A stretch of DNA of 64,000 nt from an uncultured virus (IMG/VR IMGVR_UViG_3300006467_000197) (IMGVR_UViG_3300006467_000197); one strand, 5' to 3'; positions 55,261-64,000 are shown, counted from the first letter of the stretch. The notes: generated from the sequence alone by a model not told the origin. Numbers and translations: made by a program.

Positions 55261-56469
55261 TCAACGACTCTTTTTACGGCGGCGGGAACTCTTTTGTTTA
55301 CGGGGCTTTTCGCGTGTTTCCCCGGCCCAGCTTTTCTTGCCGGAAACCCTCGACTTTTTCTTCTTGTTCGAAGACTTCGATTTTTTCAGTTTCTTTGCGA
55401 CTGCCTCACCATCGTCTTTCACCGGGTTTTCAATACCACGACGCTCCGCTTCAATTGCAGATGCTAAATATTCAACCCGGTCAACCATAACACCCGGCAT
55501 TTTGCCACCGGGGCAGCGGCCTGACTCGAAATGCGGGCATTCATTCCGACCATAAAAGTGAGCCTTCATCCAGTCCTTGTATTCTTTCTTGTTACTGCAC
55601 GGTCGAAGTTTGACGATATTTTCAGCGTACTTAACACGGCCAGTATCGAGAAGCTTAACAACATTCTTGCGACCTTTTGCGGCCTTATCCAAACGCGCTT
55701 CCCAAAGCTCACGTTCAGCGTCATCCCAAACGTTCGACACAGTTCTGATCATCGGACCCCGGCGACCAGTTGAAAAATTAGTCTTATCGCGTGCAACGTA
55801 GGTAATGCCCCAGCCTGCAACCTTGTATTTGGCAAACCGTTCAATAATAACGCAGTAGTTTGAAATCTGCGTTGCGTACTTCAGTGCTGGATAAGTTTTC
55901 TTCCAGTCTGGTTTTGATATTTTTTCATAACCAGTTGTCTTGAGGTCATCAACCCAAAGCTTTTTGTTGATCAGGAAAATCAAGTCAACGTGAATTGAGA
56001 GCGGCGCGGGATTACCGAACTTGTCCAGCTCACCTTTATCGATTGTATATTCAAGATACACAAAGTGTTTATGCTTTTTGTCGCAATTGCAAGGCTCCGG
56101 TTGGAGACAACCGTGATACTGTCGCCTCCATTCGCCGTTATTATCTTTCTGACCGCAACCAGAACAAACCCAATCACCCCAAAGATTGTCCTTGTATTTT
56201 TCAAGGCGCGGCAACCACTTCTGCACATTCTCGTGCACAGCCGTGCCAATTCCGGTATAGAAGCCGGAACGATAACCTTCTTCGAAACCAATGATGCCAC
56301 TGATTCTATTTTCAAGGTCGAGAATTGGACAGTACGGGAAAGAAGAGGACCGGAACTCACTGCGCTTATCGATACCGCCTGAAGCCGTTTCCAGTTCAGT
56401 GAATATTCCTTCGATAAAGTCGTTGAACTTCTTTGACTGTTCGTATTCTGTATAAAGAGCTTCGCCCAA
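55261..56469 (-). CDS. Cas4-like PD-(D/E)XK exonuclease with Cys cluster
   Basis: SS.PYCP, GTAVH, HVD, DLKT, Q..NY, C-terminal PC...CPH...C; TTG start after GGAGA. Confidence 0.82.
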   Translation of the reverse strand: MGEALYTEYEQSKKFNDFIEGIFTELETASGGIDKRSEFRSSSFPYCPILDLENRISGIIGFEEGYRSGFYTGIGTAVHENVQKWLPRLEKYKDNLWGDWVCSGCGQKDNNGEWRRQYHGCLQPEPCNCDKKHKHFVYLEYTIDKGELDKFGNPAPLSIHVDLIFLINKKLWVDDLKTTGYEKISKPDWKKTYPALKYATQISNYCVIIERFAKYKVAGWGITYVARDKTNFSTGRRGPMIRTVSNVWDDAERELWEARLDKAAKGRKNVVKLLDTGRVKYAENIVKLRPCSNKKEYKDWMKAHFYGRNECPHFESGRCPGGKMPGVMVDRVEYLASAIEAERRGIENPVKDDGEAVAKKLKKSKSSNKKKKSRVSGKKSWAGETREKPRKQKSSRRRKKSR

Positions 56470-56471
56470 GA

Positions 56472-56981
56472 CTATCTCCGTGTGTAATCGACAATATCAA
56501 AGGCCGGTGAAGCGTCAGTTGCAAACCCTGTTCTTAGGACAACACCGTTCCACTTCTTTGTATCGTATTCAGGGAAGTACGTATCGGCTTCGAAGTTGGC
56601 ACGAACGTGAGTGATGATCATTCGGTCAACCAGATTATTTTTCAATACGTACTCGTACAGTTGAGCACCGCCAGCGACAAAAGCTTTTTGTTCTGTTTCT
56701 TCTGCGTAGGCGACGGCTTCTTCGTATGACTTGAACGAACCGCCACGCCCTTCCGGTATATTTTCAATATCAGAAGAGGAAATGACTGCGAAGTTTCGTT
56801 TAGACAACAAACCCGGCAACCCTTCCCATGTTTTGCGGCCCATAATGAGCAGACTATTGAGTGTCGTTTCTTTGAAAAATTTGAGGTCTTCAGGTATATA
56901 CCATGGTAAATTGCCTTTGAAGCCAATTTCACCCGCCCCACCAATAGCCGCAATCAAAACAGGCTTTGAATATTCAGTCAT
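56472..56981 (-). CDS. folA: Dihydrofolate reductase
   Basis: IG..GNLPW.IPEDLKFFK, IMGRKTWE, GGAQLY, ADTYFP. Confidence 0.96.
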   Translation of the reverse strand: MTEYSKPVLIAAIGGAGEIGFKGNLPWYIPEDLKFFKETTLNSLLIMGRKTWEGLPGLLSKRNFAVISSSDIENIPEGRGGSFKSYEEAVAYAEETEQKAFVAGGAQLYEYVLKNNLVDRMIITHVRANFEADTYFPEYDTKKWNGVVLRTGFATDASPAFDIVDYTRR

Positions 56982-57149
56982 AATCCGCTCCTACGAATCC
57001 GCTTCATAAAAGGGTTTACAGGGTACAGGAAAGGGGCGTGCGAGTAAGGTATTCTGAAAACTGTTTCTTTGATTTTGCCGGGCTTTGGTGTAGGTTACTC
57101 CGTAGTTTATCTGCGGTATCATATAGACACTGAAACAAGGAAAGCAGGA

Positions 57150-57419
57150 ATGATCTACAACGCCGAAGAACTGAAAAATAAGCTGCCGAAGCTGGCCCGT
57201 GAAGACTGGCGGCGTGGCACTGTCGAAGAACCGCCTTACGCGTTCATTCGCGATGGCCTGTTGCACGTATCCGCCGAGGAAGGCGACGACGCAGCAGACT
57301 ACTACGGCGAGTTTCGCGGCGGTTTTCCGTGGATCAATCCGGTCCTTGAAAATTTCGCTGAAGAAAACGGCTGTTTCTGGGAATGGCAGAATCCCGGCTG
57401 CATCGTTCTGGTACACTGA
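57150..57419 (+). CDS. Hypothetical protein
   Basis: AGGA RBS before MIYNAE; ADYYGE...EWQNPG. Confidence 0.8.
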   Translation: MIYNAEELKNKLPKLAREDWRRGTVEEPPYAFIRDGLLHVSAEEGDDAADYYGEFRGGFPWINPVLENFAEENGCFWEWQNPGCIVLVH

Positions 57420-57613
57420 TGAAACCGAACTTCCTTTATTACGTGTGGTTTGAGAACGAAGCTGCCAGCACGATTGTCATGGGAACGTCGCGCTTCGGTT
57501 ACGTCAAAACCACCATCGTATTCTGGGGCCGAGCGATCTATCGATTTATGCCTTGGAACTTCAAACCAACCCGGATTTGTGAAATCCGGCACACCATCCG
57601 AAAGAAGAGGTAA
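57419..57613 (+). CDS. Hypothetical protein
   Basis: TGATG coupling. Confidence 0.6.
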   Translation: MKPNFLYYVWFENEAASTIVMGTSRFGYVKTTIVFWGRAIYRFMPWNFKPTRICEIRHTIRKKR

Positions 57614-57620
57614 TTATTCA

Positions 57621-58088
57621 ATGGATATTCAAAAGCTCTCGAAATACGTCAACGCTCACAAGCACTTCCGCGTGCCTGATGACTTTGTTCTCGACACCGC
57701 CATGATCGACGGTTCCGGCGAAACAATCGAACTTACCTTCGGTGACCTCAAGGAACTGTTTGACATTGCTTACGACAAAGAACTCTCTGAACTGAAAAAT
57801 AACCGGATGGCGCAGGCTGCTTGTGCCGTCCTTGGGGGAATCATGGTGACCGAACTCGAACTCGGCCCGCAGTACCAGAAAGAGGCGAGTGACCTCTGGA
57901 TGGAAATGATTCACCGGCTCGCGTTCTTCGGCATCCTCGTTCGCGAGTACGACAAGCGCCGTCCTGAATATTTGCTGTTCAAGACGACTGCAACGTTCCG
58001 CGAAATGGCAATCAAGTTCAACATGACACTGACGCCGGAAGCACAAACGGAAGCTATGAACGCTTTCCAAGCCGTAACAGGGAGTTAA
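57621..58088 (+). CDS. Hypothetical protein
   Basis: GAGG RBS before MDIQKL. Confidence 0.75.
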   Translation: MDIQKLSKYVNAHKHFRVPDDFVLDTAMIDGSGETIELTFGDLKELFDIAYDKELSELKNNRMAQAACAVLGGIMVTELELGPQYQKEASDLWMEMIHRLAFFGILVREYDKRRPEYLLFKTTATFREMAIKFNMTLTPEAQTEAMNAFQAVTGS

Positions 58089-58090
58089 CA

Positions 58091-58351
58091 ATGCCTCACA
58101 CGAAACCGCTCTTTGACATAAACCAACTCAATGAATATTGGGAAACATGGTCGAAAGAGTCATTCGCGAAAAACGACAAGAATCCCTTGTCGTTCAAGCC
58201 TCAAGCCCTTCGCTTCGGTCAATACGTCATGAATAAATACCCTGACAACTGGCCGGAGCATTGGGATGATCTGTACAACGAACAAGACCCTCACAAAACA
58301 TACGATTGGCTCTGTACGATGATCTATCTGGATTCCCCGAACGCACCCTAA
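58091..58351 (+). CDS. Hypothetical protein
   Basis: GGAG RBS; LRFGQY..N. Confidence 0.75.
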   Translation: MPHTKPLFDINQLNEYWETWSKESFAKNDKNPLSFKPQALRFGQYVMNKYPDNWPEHWDDLYNEQDPHKTYDWLCTMIYLDSPNAP

Positions 58352-58379
58352 CCTGACTGCATAAACAGGAGATTTTTTC

Positions 58380-58997
58380 ATGGCTGGACTCAAGACGAAC
58401 CTCGACGCCCTGCTTGGAGAGTCCTTTGGCTTCGACACCAAAGCGCTGATCAAGCATATGGAAGAACAAGCGCCCAACAACAGCTTTATGAATTCCCTGC
58501 TGATGCAGTTTCGCAAGAAAGGCGATCTTTCGCAGCGCCAGTGGGAGGCCTTGAACAACAACCGCCAGAGAGCCTTGAATAATAAGGCTCAGGAGAAAGA
58601 CGCTCCGCAGGTGGACTTGTCGAAAATCAAGGAAATGTTCGAGACCGCAATGGGGAATGGCCTGAAGCGTCCAACCCTTCGCGTGGACAATTTGATTATT
58701 TCAAGGGCTCCGGACTCTGGCGTCAACGCTGGTGCGCTTTACGTCAAAGTGAAGCAGAGCGGTGAAAACGCTTACGCTGGCAAACTCAAAGACGGAAAGT
58801 GGTTTCCGATCCGTGACTTCGCCAAGGATGAAAATATAATCAAGACTCTGCAGGAACTTGCAAAAGACCCGCAAGGCGTGGCATCGACGCACGGACGCAA
58901 AACCGGAAGCTGTTCAATGTGTGGCCGGGAGCTGACAGACCCGAAAAGCATTGAGTTGGGAATCGGCCCGATCTGTATTGAGAATTGGGGCATCTAA
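58380..58997 (+). CDS. DUF6011-type Zn-ribbon protein
   Basis: GRKTGSCSMCGRELTDPKSIELGIGPIC. Confidence 0.85.
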   Translation: MAGLKTNLDALLGESFGFDTKALIKHMEEQAPNNSFMNSLLMQFRKKGDLSQRQWEALNNNRQRALNNKAQEKDAPQVDLSKIKEMFETAMGNGLKRPTLRVDNLIISRAPDSGVNAGALYVKVKQSGENAYAGKLKDGKWFPIRDFAKDENIIKTLQELAKDPQGVASTHGRKTGSCSMCGRELTDPKSIELGIGPICIENWGI

Positions 58998-59016
58998 CTC
59001 CCTGCAACAATCGGTT

Positions 59017-59048
59017 GAAACGCCCGCTGGACCCCTAGCGGGCGTTTT
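59017..59048 (+). terminator. Terminator overlapping next promoter
   Basis: AAACGCCCGCT/AGCGGGCGTTT; TGGACC-17-TATTAT. Confidence 0.7.
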
Positions 59049-59087
59049 GCTATTATAAGGCTTGGACTTAACCAAAGGACTGAATAA

Positions 59088-59801
59088 ATGATTGCTTCAC
59101 ATGAAGACAAGCTGCGCGTGCAACGCTTTCGGGACGCTCGCAATGAACTCATGAATAAACACGGTATGCGGAAGCTGGAACGGAAAACCCGTCTTGTCGT
59201 TTCGATCCTGAAGGACAGCAACCTCAAGCCAGCAAACTTTGTCGATGCAGTCTGGACCGCCGTGAATATTTATAAAGCGCGCACCAGTGCAAAGCATTTC
59301 GACCTGATCATCATGGCAGGCGCATACGAAGTTATCCGCAATACGACAGAGCTGAGAGAATTCTTCATCGATGGAAAACTCGGCTATTACACCGGGCGCG
59401 TTGATTCACTGATCTGCCTGACGCCTGATGTATTTGAAAATTTCCGGTCGGTTGCAATCACAGACCCTACCAAGCTGGAAGTCGGCAAGACGTATTATTC
59501 AAATATGTACCCGGAAGTTTTCACCATCGAGGAATTGCAGACAGAAAACGAACACAACAAGGATCGCGGACTTGCGCTGAAAGAAGAAGATTCTGACGAG
59601 CCTCGTTGGATCAAGTACGACCATCGCAACGGTTACGGTCCGTCTTATATTTCAACACGTGACCGCAACATGGGAGCCAAATATAATTGCTGGCTTGTCT
59701 TCGATGATGAACACCTCGCCGCTGCCGCGAAGAAGATGATCGTCGTTTCGGAGAACCCAAAGTTCGACAAAGAAGAATTCTACAAAACAGACTGGCAGTA
59801 A
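59088..59801 (+). CDS. Hypothetical protein
   Basis: AAGGA RBS. Confidence 0.8.
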   Translation: MIASHEDKLRVQRFRDARNELMNKHGMRKLERKTRLVVSILKDSNLKPANFVDAVWTAVNIYKARTSAKHFDLIIMAGAYEVIRNTTELREFFIDGKLGYYTGRVDSLICLTPDVFENFRSVAITDPTKLEVGKTYYSNMYPEVFTIEELQTENEHNKDRGLALKEEDSDEPRWIKYDHRNGYGPSYISTRDRNMGAKYNCWLVFDDEHLAAAAKKMIVVSENPKFDKEEFYKTDWQ

Positions 59802-59814
59802 AGGAACTGAAAAA

Positions 59815-60180
59815 ATGGCTGATGTAAATGGACCTATCGCAACTCTGGCTGGTACACACTATGCTGTTCCAGACGGAGCACCCTGCGATACCCATGTTGA
59901 TCGTCTCGCCACGGTCCGCGTACAAGGCGAAACAGATTCCATGGGCTGCGAAATGAACGACATGTGCAGCGAGTGCTACGATGAATATTCAAAAGCACAG
60001 AAGGAAGCGGGCACGAGCGGCACGTGCGAATGGTGCCATACAGAAGTTGAAAAATTAGTCGATGCACGTGACCACGAAGAGGGTTTGTATGGACGCGTGT
60101 ATCGTGTATGCAAACCGTGTAAGGACAAACAACGCAATGCCTTATACACGACCGCCTTTGACGATATGTATGACGACTAA
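59815..60180 (+). CDS. Cys-rich hypothetical protein
   Basis: GETDSMG.E...CSEC, CEWC, CKPC. Confidence 0.8.
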   Translation: MADVNGPIATLAGTHYAVPDGAPCDTHVDRLATVRVQGETDSMGCEMNDMCSECYDEYSKAQKEAGTSGTCEWCHTEVEKLVDARDHEEGLYGRVYRVCKPCKDKQRNALYTTAFDDMYDD

Positions 60181-60191
60181 GGACTGAAAAA

Positions 60192-60428
60192 ATGAAAGAG
60201 TTTGAATTCACAGTTGTTGCTACTGTGCGAGTGCGCATTGAAGTAGAAGATAACCAAACCGGCTTTGATGCACTCGCGAAGGCGCGGCATGGGCTGATAG
60301 GAAAAAACCTCAAACTGCGTGATTGGGATGACGAAGAGAACCCGCACCAAACAAGGTTTGAGAGTTTCGGCATGAAAATTGAAAATGTAATCGTGGGTGA
60401 CCTCGCCCCTTACTTCACAGGAGAATAA
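60192..60428 (+). CDS. Hypothetical protein
   Basis: AAGGA RBS. Confidence 0.7.
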   Translation: MKEFEFTVVATVRVRIEVEDNQTGFDALAKARHGLIGKNLKLRDWDDEENPHQTRFESFGMKIENVIVGDLAPYFTGE

Positions 60429-60431
60429 ACG

Positions 60432-60713
60432 ATGCTTGTCATGCAATCAAAAGACGGACGAATTTTCAAGGTTGGTGATATGGTGATGCTCCATACTGAT
60501 CAACCAGCGAAAGATCATCACGGTCTGCTGACTGTGAATTACGCGCGGATCAAAAGTTTCATGGACCAATCAGAATATCCCGGCGGTATTAAGCTCGACC
60601 GTTCACTTGGTTGTCACAACTACTGGAACGCCAGCGACTTGATCGTGCTCAGTGTACCGCCTGTTCCAGTCGCAGAACTTTCCGATAACAAAGTCTACAA
60701 GGATTTGAAATAA
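60432..60713 (+). CDS. Hypothetical protein
   Basis: GGAGA RBS. Confidence 0.7.
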   Translation: MLVMQSKDGRIFKVGDMVMLHTDQPAKDHHGLLTVNYARIKSFMDQSEYPGGIKLDRSLGCHNYWNASDLIVLSVPPVPVAELSDNKVYKDLK

Positions 60714-61018
60714 TGGGATACAAGACAATCGAGGAGCGCGTTCGAGTCTATGAAAATTGGATGAAAGAACGCGACGAATTCAAAGCCAAGGTCGAAGCCA
60801 ACGGTTACGACTATGATGAAGTCATGAAGCCCTCCCGCGAAATCATCCGCAGGGCTTGCCAAGGAAAGCCGAAAGTTCCGCCGCGCAAGTTGCTTGATGA
60901 AATGCTGAAAAAACAATTACCCAAAGAGAAACGAGAGCAGATCACCGCAGCGGCTTATGACGTATACGAAGAATTGTATCCAGACGACCCGTACCGTCTC
61001 AGCAAACAGAAAGGATGA
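60713..61018 (+). CDS. Hypothetical protein
   Basis: TAATG coupling. Confidence 0.7.
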   Translation: MGYKTIEERVRVYENWMKERDEFKAKVEANGYDYDEVMKPSREIIRRACQGKPKVPPRKLLDEMLKKQLPKEKREQITAAAYDVYEELYPDDPYRLSKQKG

Positions 61019-61024
61019 ATAATC

Positions 61025-61255
61025 ATGAAAGAACAATACATCGGTTACCACCTCACCGGCAACGACGAAAGCGTTCCGGTCGCTACAGCCGACAATCGTG
61101 AAGAATGCCAAAGGAAGACAATCACGCGTGTGCTTGCTTCCGGAATGGTGGATGGGCAGATAGCCGTCCAACAGCGAAAAGACATTGAGCCGGGAATTTT
61201 CAAAGAACTTTCCGAACTCATCAACAACTTCTTTGCCGAGCGTGGCATCGAGTAA
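61025..61255 (+). CDS. Hypothetical protein
   Basis: AAGGA RBS. Confidence 0.7.
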   Translation: MKEQYIGYHLTGNDESVPVATADNREECQRKTITRVLASGMVDGQIAVQQRKDIEPGIFKELSELINNFFAERGIE

Positions 61256-61269
61256 CAAGGAAATATTCA

Positions 61270-61599
61270 ATGTTGAGAGAACCGACGCTTAAAGACGCGC
61301 CTGCAATCTGGGAGCCGAACGCAGTTGAGCTGGCAGGCGGACTTTCTGAAGACCGCTATTTGTCCGACCGGGAATTCAATTGCACGCCGGATGAATTCGA
61401 AAAGCAGATCGACGTTGCCATGGATTTATTTTTCAAAGGCGGGCGACTTGCTGACTTCAGCCTCAAAGTGAAAGAGGGAGTGGACTCAGATAATTTTCAT
61501 AAGTGCCTGAGTTGTATGCTTCGCTCTTGGGAGCCGTCGCATGAATCCAAGATGCTGACGGCAGGCCTGTTTATCGCCGCGAACACCGAAGGCATGTGA
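61270..61599 (+). CDS. Hypothetical protein
   Basis: AAGGA RBS; LFFKG...SWEPSHE.K. Confidence 0.75.
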   Translation: MLREPTLKDAPAIWEPNAVELAGGLSEDRYLSDREFNCTPDEFEKQIDVAMDLFFKGGRLADFSLKVKEGVDSDNFHKCLSCMLRSWEPSHESKMLTAGLFIAANTEGM

Positions 61600-61670
61600 C
61601 TCAACAATGGTAAACCCATAACTGGACGTATTTACCGCGTCCGGTTATGGCAGTTTACGGAGAATTATTC

Positions 61671-61958
61671 ATGGCCATGAAAGTTGAAGTCGTATCCAAG
61701 GCAATCCCGCGTGTCACTGCAGAAATGCTTCCGTGCATGGCGGTGCCTGTAACGCAATCGCTCGCTGCAGAACAGCAAGTGTTTCTTATCACAACCTTGA
61801 AAAATCCAGTGACCACAAAGTCTGAAGTTGCGGCGAGCACTCTCAGCTTTGCTGTGACGCATCTGCAAGGCGAGGGCGGTACAGAAATCGTCAACGCTAC
61901 CGAGCTGGCGAAGTATACGCCGGTTGATCCTGACCTTTCTGTCTCTTTGAAAAATTAA
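61671..61958 (+). CDS. Hypothetical protein (paralog 1)
   Basis: GGAGA RBS; VTAEMLPCMA. Confidence 0.7.
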   Translation: MAMKVEVVSKAIPRVTAEMLPCMAVPVTQSLAAEQQVFLITTLKNPVTTKSEVAASTLSFAVTHLQGEGGTEIVNATELAKYTPVDPDLSVSLKN

Positions 61959-61972
61959 CAGGAGGCAGGTCG

Positions 61973-62269
61973 ATGCTTAAAATCTCAATCAGCAAGAAAT
62001 CAACCGACGTAGTTGTAACGGCAGACATGCTTCCCTGCCTCGCAACGCTGGCTTCCAATCGGGAAAGCCTGTACCTCATTTCCTTGAACCCGGACCGGGG
62101 AATTTTCAGTTCCCTGTGCCTGCGCTCTGGAGCTGAGGACGACGAAACTGCACCGAAGCATCTGGCCGGGAAAAGCTCAGAACACACTGCAGCGGAGCTT
62201 GAATTTTTCATCTTTGTTCCAAACGCCGCAGCGACTTTGAGCAACGGCGAAAAACCAAACTTTGTATAG
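61973..62269 (+). CDS. Hypothetical protein (paralog 2)
   Basis: GGAGG RBS; VTADMLPCLA. Confidence 0.7.
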   Translation: MLKISISKKSTDVVVTADMLPCLATLASNRESLYLISLNPDRGIFSSLCLRSGAEDDETAPKHLAGKSSEHTAAELEFFIFVPNAAATLSNGEKPNFV

Positions 62270-62290
62270 TAAGCATCGAGAGTAAGTAAT

Positions 62291-62539
62291 ATGAACATCA
62301 GCAAGACTTGGGCAGGCATTATTTCAATGATAGCGGCATTCGGCTTTGCCAATTCCATCCTGCTTATCATCGACGCCTTGAAGGCGATTGACGCGGCACC
62401 GACTTGGAGTGGTGCAGAATACAAAGTCTCTGCTGGTGTTCTATTGCTCACTGTTTTTTCAGTTATAGCCGCCAGAACGTTTCTTGTGTTTGGTTGGCAC
62501 TACATCAAGCGAGATTCAAATGTCCACCAAACTGAGTAG
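62291..62539 (+). CDS. Membrane protein (2 TM)
   Basis: Two hydrophobic segments. Confidence 0.7.
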   Translation: MNISKTWAGIISMIAAFGFANSILLIIDALKAIDAAPTWSGAEYKVSAGVLLLTVFSVIAARTFLVFGWHYIKRDSNVHQTE

Positions 62540-62987
62540 AAACCAAGTCACTTATGTTACGCCAATCCAAGCGGTTGTGATGCTAGTGTTATCCATTGTC
62601 GGATTTATTCAACTGGCGAAGACTCTCTACCGATCAATCAAAGTTGTAATGCTGGCGATCAGTGGTGAGATTTACATCGACCCGAACAATTTTGCGATGG
62701 TCCTGTTTACAACATCGATCATTGCGGTTGTCCTTTTTTATTCAGTAAAGCACCTGCTTCCAGTTCTCAAGAACTTCCTTTTGGAACCGGTGCTTATCCG
62801 CGTCCATCTTGTTGCTTTGAAAAAAGGTGACACAATCATCGTGCCTTCGCATGGTGGTAAGAACCATAGTCAAAAGTTCCGCACAATCACCGCAGTCGGC
62901 AATGGCTACGTAATGGCCGGGAACTACGATGGTTCGGATGAAGAAAAATATTCAGAATTCCTTATCAATCAAGAAGACTTGGAGTAG
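62520..62987 (+). CDS. Membrane protein
   Basis: Start MSTKLS; two TM then a beta domain. Confidence 0.7.
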   Translation: MSTKLSRNQVTYVTPIQAVVMLVLSIVGFIQLAKTLYRSIKVVMLAISGEIYIDPNNFAMVLFTTSIIAVVLFYSVKHLLPVLKNFLLEPVLIRVHLVALKKGDTIIVPSHGGKNHSQKFRTITAVGNGYVMAGNYDGSDEEKYSEFLINQEDLE

Positions 62988-62997
62988 GAGACGGAAC

Positions 62998-63267
62998 ATG
63001 GAAGATACACTGAATAAATACAGGGCTGGTGACCGAGTAGAAATCGAAATTGATATTCTGTTTCCAAAGTTTGAAGGCGACAGTATCGTTGGCTATGAAG
63101 ACAAGACGACATGGCATCCAGCTACAGTCACCGGAGCCTCAGAATTCGGAATTGCTGTTAGTCACATGATGATCAAAGCGAATGACGATGGTATCTCTTG
63201 CCGAGAGGAGGTCGAAAACGAAATCATCACTGATTTTTCAAAGATAAGAGGTTTCGGAGGAACGTAA
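62998..63267 (+). CDS. Small SH3-like protein
   Basis: GGAG RBS; GDRVE...WHPATV. Confidence 0.7.
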   Translation: MEDTLNKYRAGDRVEIEIDILFPKFEGDSIVGYEDKTTWHPATVTGASEFGIAVSHMMIKANDDGISCREEVENEIITDFSKIRGFGGT

Positions 63268-63575
63268 TGAGAGAGATACCTGAAGGCGAGCGCAAGCTTA
63301 TCGATGAAGAACTTCGTGCAATGAGCACGGAAGTAAAAACCAGTCTATTGAATAAAGAACTGGAAGGTAAAGGAAACAGCGAGTCTGCGTTGAAGGCTGT
63401 TGCTATGCTCGGCAGCATAGCGGCAATGCGCCCTGTTGAAAGTTCATTCTACAAACGAAAGCCCACCTATCACCCTTCACAAGTGAAATATTTGGACAAG
63501 GCAAACGCACGTAAGAAGACAAAAACAAAGAACCGCGCCAAGAACAAAGCGGCTCGAAAAGCTCGAAGGAAGTAG
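63267..63575 (+). CDS. Hypothetical protein with basic tail
   Basis: KNRAKNKAARKARRK. Confidence 0.7.
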   Translation: MREIPEGERKLIDEELRAMSTEVKTSLLNKELEGKGNSESALKAVAMLGSIAAMRPVESSFYKRKPTYHPSQVKYLDKANARKKTKTKNRAKNKAARKARRK

Positions 63576-63578
63576 ACC

Positions 63579-63767
63579 ATGAAATATTTGGTAATTGCTT
63601 TTCTCAATATTGGTGTTGCGCTCGCGTATTACTTCACTGTGACGTTCGGTGAGTTCCCAACTCTTATCTCGCGCCCGCAAACCACAATGCAATTCATGCT
63701 GGCATTCGGCCTCAGTTTGTATAGCTACCTTTCCTTCAAAGGCATCGTCTGGATATTGAAAAAATAA
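63579..63767 (+). CDS. Small membrane protein
   Basis: Two hydrophobic segments. Confidence 0.65.
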   Translation: MKYLVIAFLNIGVALAYYFTVTFGEFPTLISRPQTTMQFMLAFGLSLYSYLSFKGIVWILKK

Positions 63768-63781
63768 GAACAGGTATTGAC

Positions 63782-64000
63782 ATGATTGCTCCGGAAATCA
63801 AACTCCGCATCAGCCCATTAATATTCAAGAATGCGAAGATGTCAGCAAACGAAATGCGCCTGCGAATTGAGGATGACGCAATCAAGGCGCTATCCCTGCT
63901 ACTTGATGAGTTCCGGATGCTTTCACCTGACCAAGTGAACATTGACTTCAGCCCGATCAAGGCAGATAACGAAATCAAAGAATACATCATGATCGCAACA
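63782..64000 (+). CDS. Hypothetical protein (partial, runs off right edge)
   Basis: Open frame from ATG at 63782: MIAPEIKLRIS... Confidence 0.65.
   Translation, partial: MIAPEIKLRISPLIFKNAKMSANEMRLRIEDDAIKALSLLLDEFRMLSPDQVNIDFSPIKADNEIKEYIMIAT

Noticed and set aside
56897..56910. Near-copy of the palindrome inside folA
   Set aside because: Coincides with the conserved DHFR Leu-Pro-Trp codons and has a mismatch, so it may be incidental.
56982..57149. Replication origin at the strand switch
   Set aside because: Only divergent promoter-like sequence; no iterons or AT-rich unwinding element visible.
1..64000. Stop-codon reassignment, introns/inteins, tRNAs, RT or DGR
   Set aside because: Conserved enzymes are intact in the standard code with all three stops used. 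No intein, cloverleaf or RT motifs were seen by eye; a tRNAscan-SE run would be needed to exclude tRNAs fully.

Overview
This window is a gene-dense segment of a large (jumbo-type) tailed dsDNA bacteriophage read in the standard genetic code. The host is probably an alphaproteobacterium, inferred from the XRE regulator type and class II RNR; the gene set resembles RSL1/PaBG-like jumbo phages, which is also an inference. Bases 1-57,000 are almost all minus strand and 57,150-64,000 is a plus-strand run of small early-type genes. Recognisable genes: thyA, dcd, HNH nuclease, GyrA-like and GyrB-like topoisomerase II subunits, cold-shock protein, RecA/UvsX, gp32-like SSB, phage sigma factor, nucleotidyltransferase-domain protein, HEXXH metallopeptidase, dNMP kinase, amidoligase, HAD protein, SAM methyltransferase, transglutaminase-like protease, two XRE regulators, NrdJ, SWIM finger, Cas4-like nuclease and DHFR. 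I found no tRNA, CRISPR array, integrase or reverse transcriptase. The main leads are: (1) an Acb2/Tad1-like nucleotide-sponge domain fused to a long acidic protein; (2) several candidate small RNAs with their own promoter and terminator, some with anti-Shine-Dalgarno loops and one with crossing pairings; (3) a perfect 14-bp palindrome TTTACCATGGTAAA at four gene junctions, plus a GGGCTTT element upstream of five sigma70-like promoters; (4) a replication operon whose proteins carry blocky acidic and basic tails; (5) modular proteins with shared Ala/Ser linker motifs that suggest proteolytic processing. All functional calls come from motif recognition by eye, not database searches.
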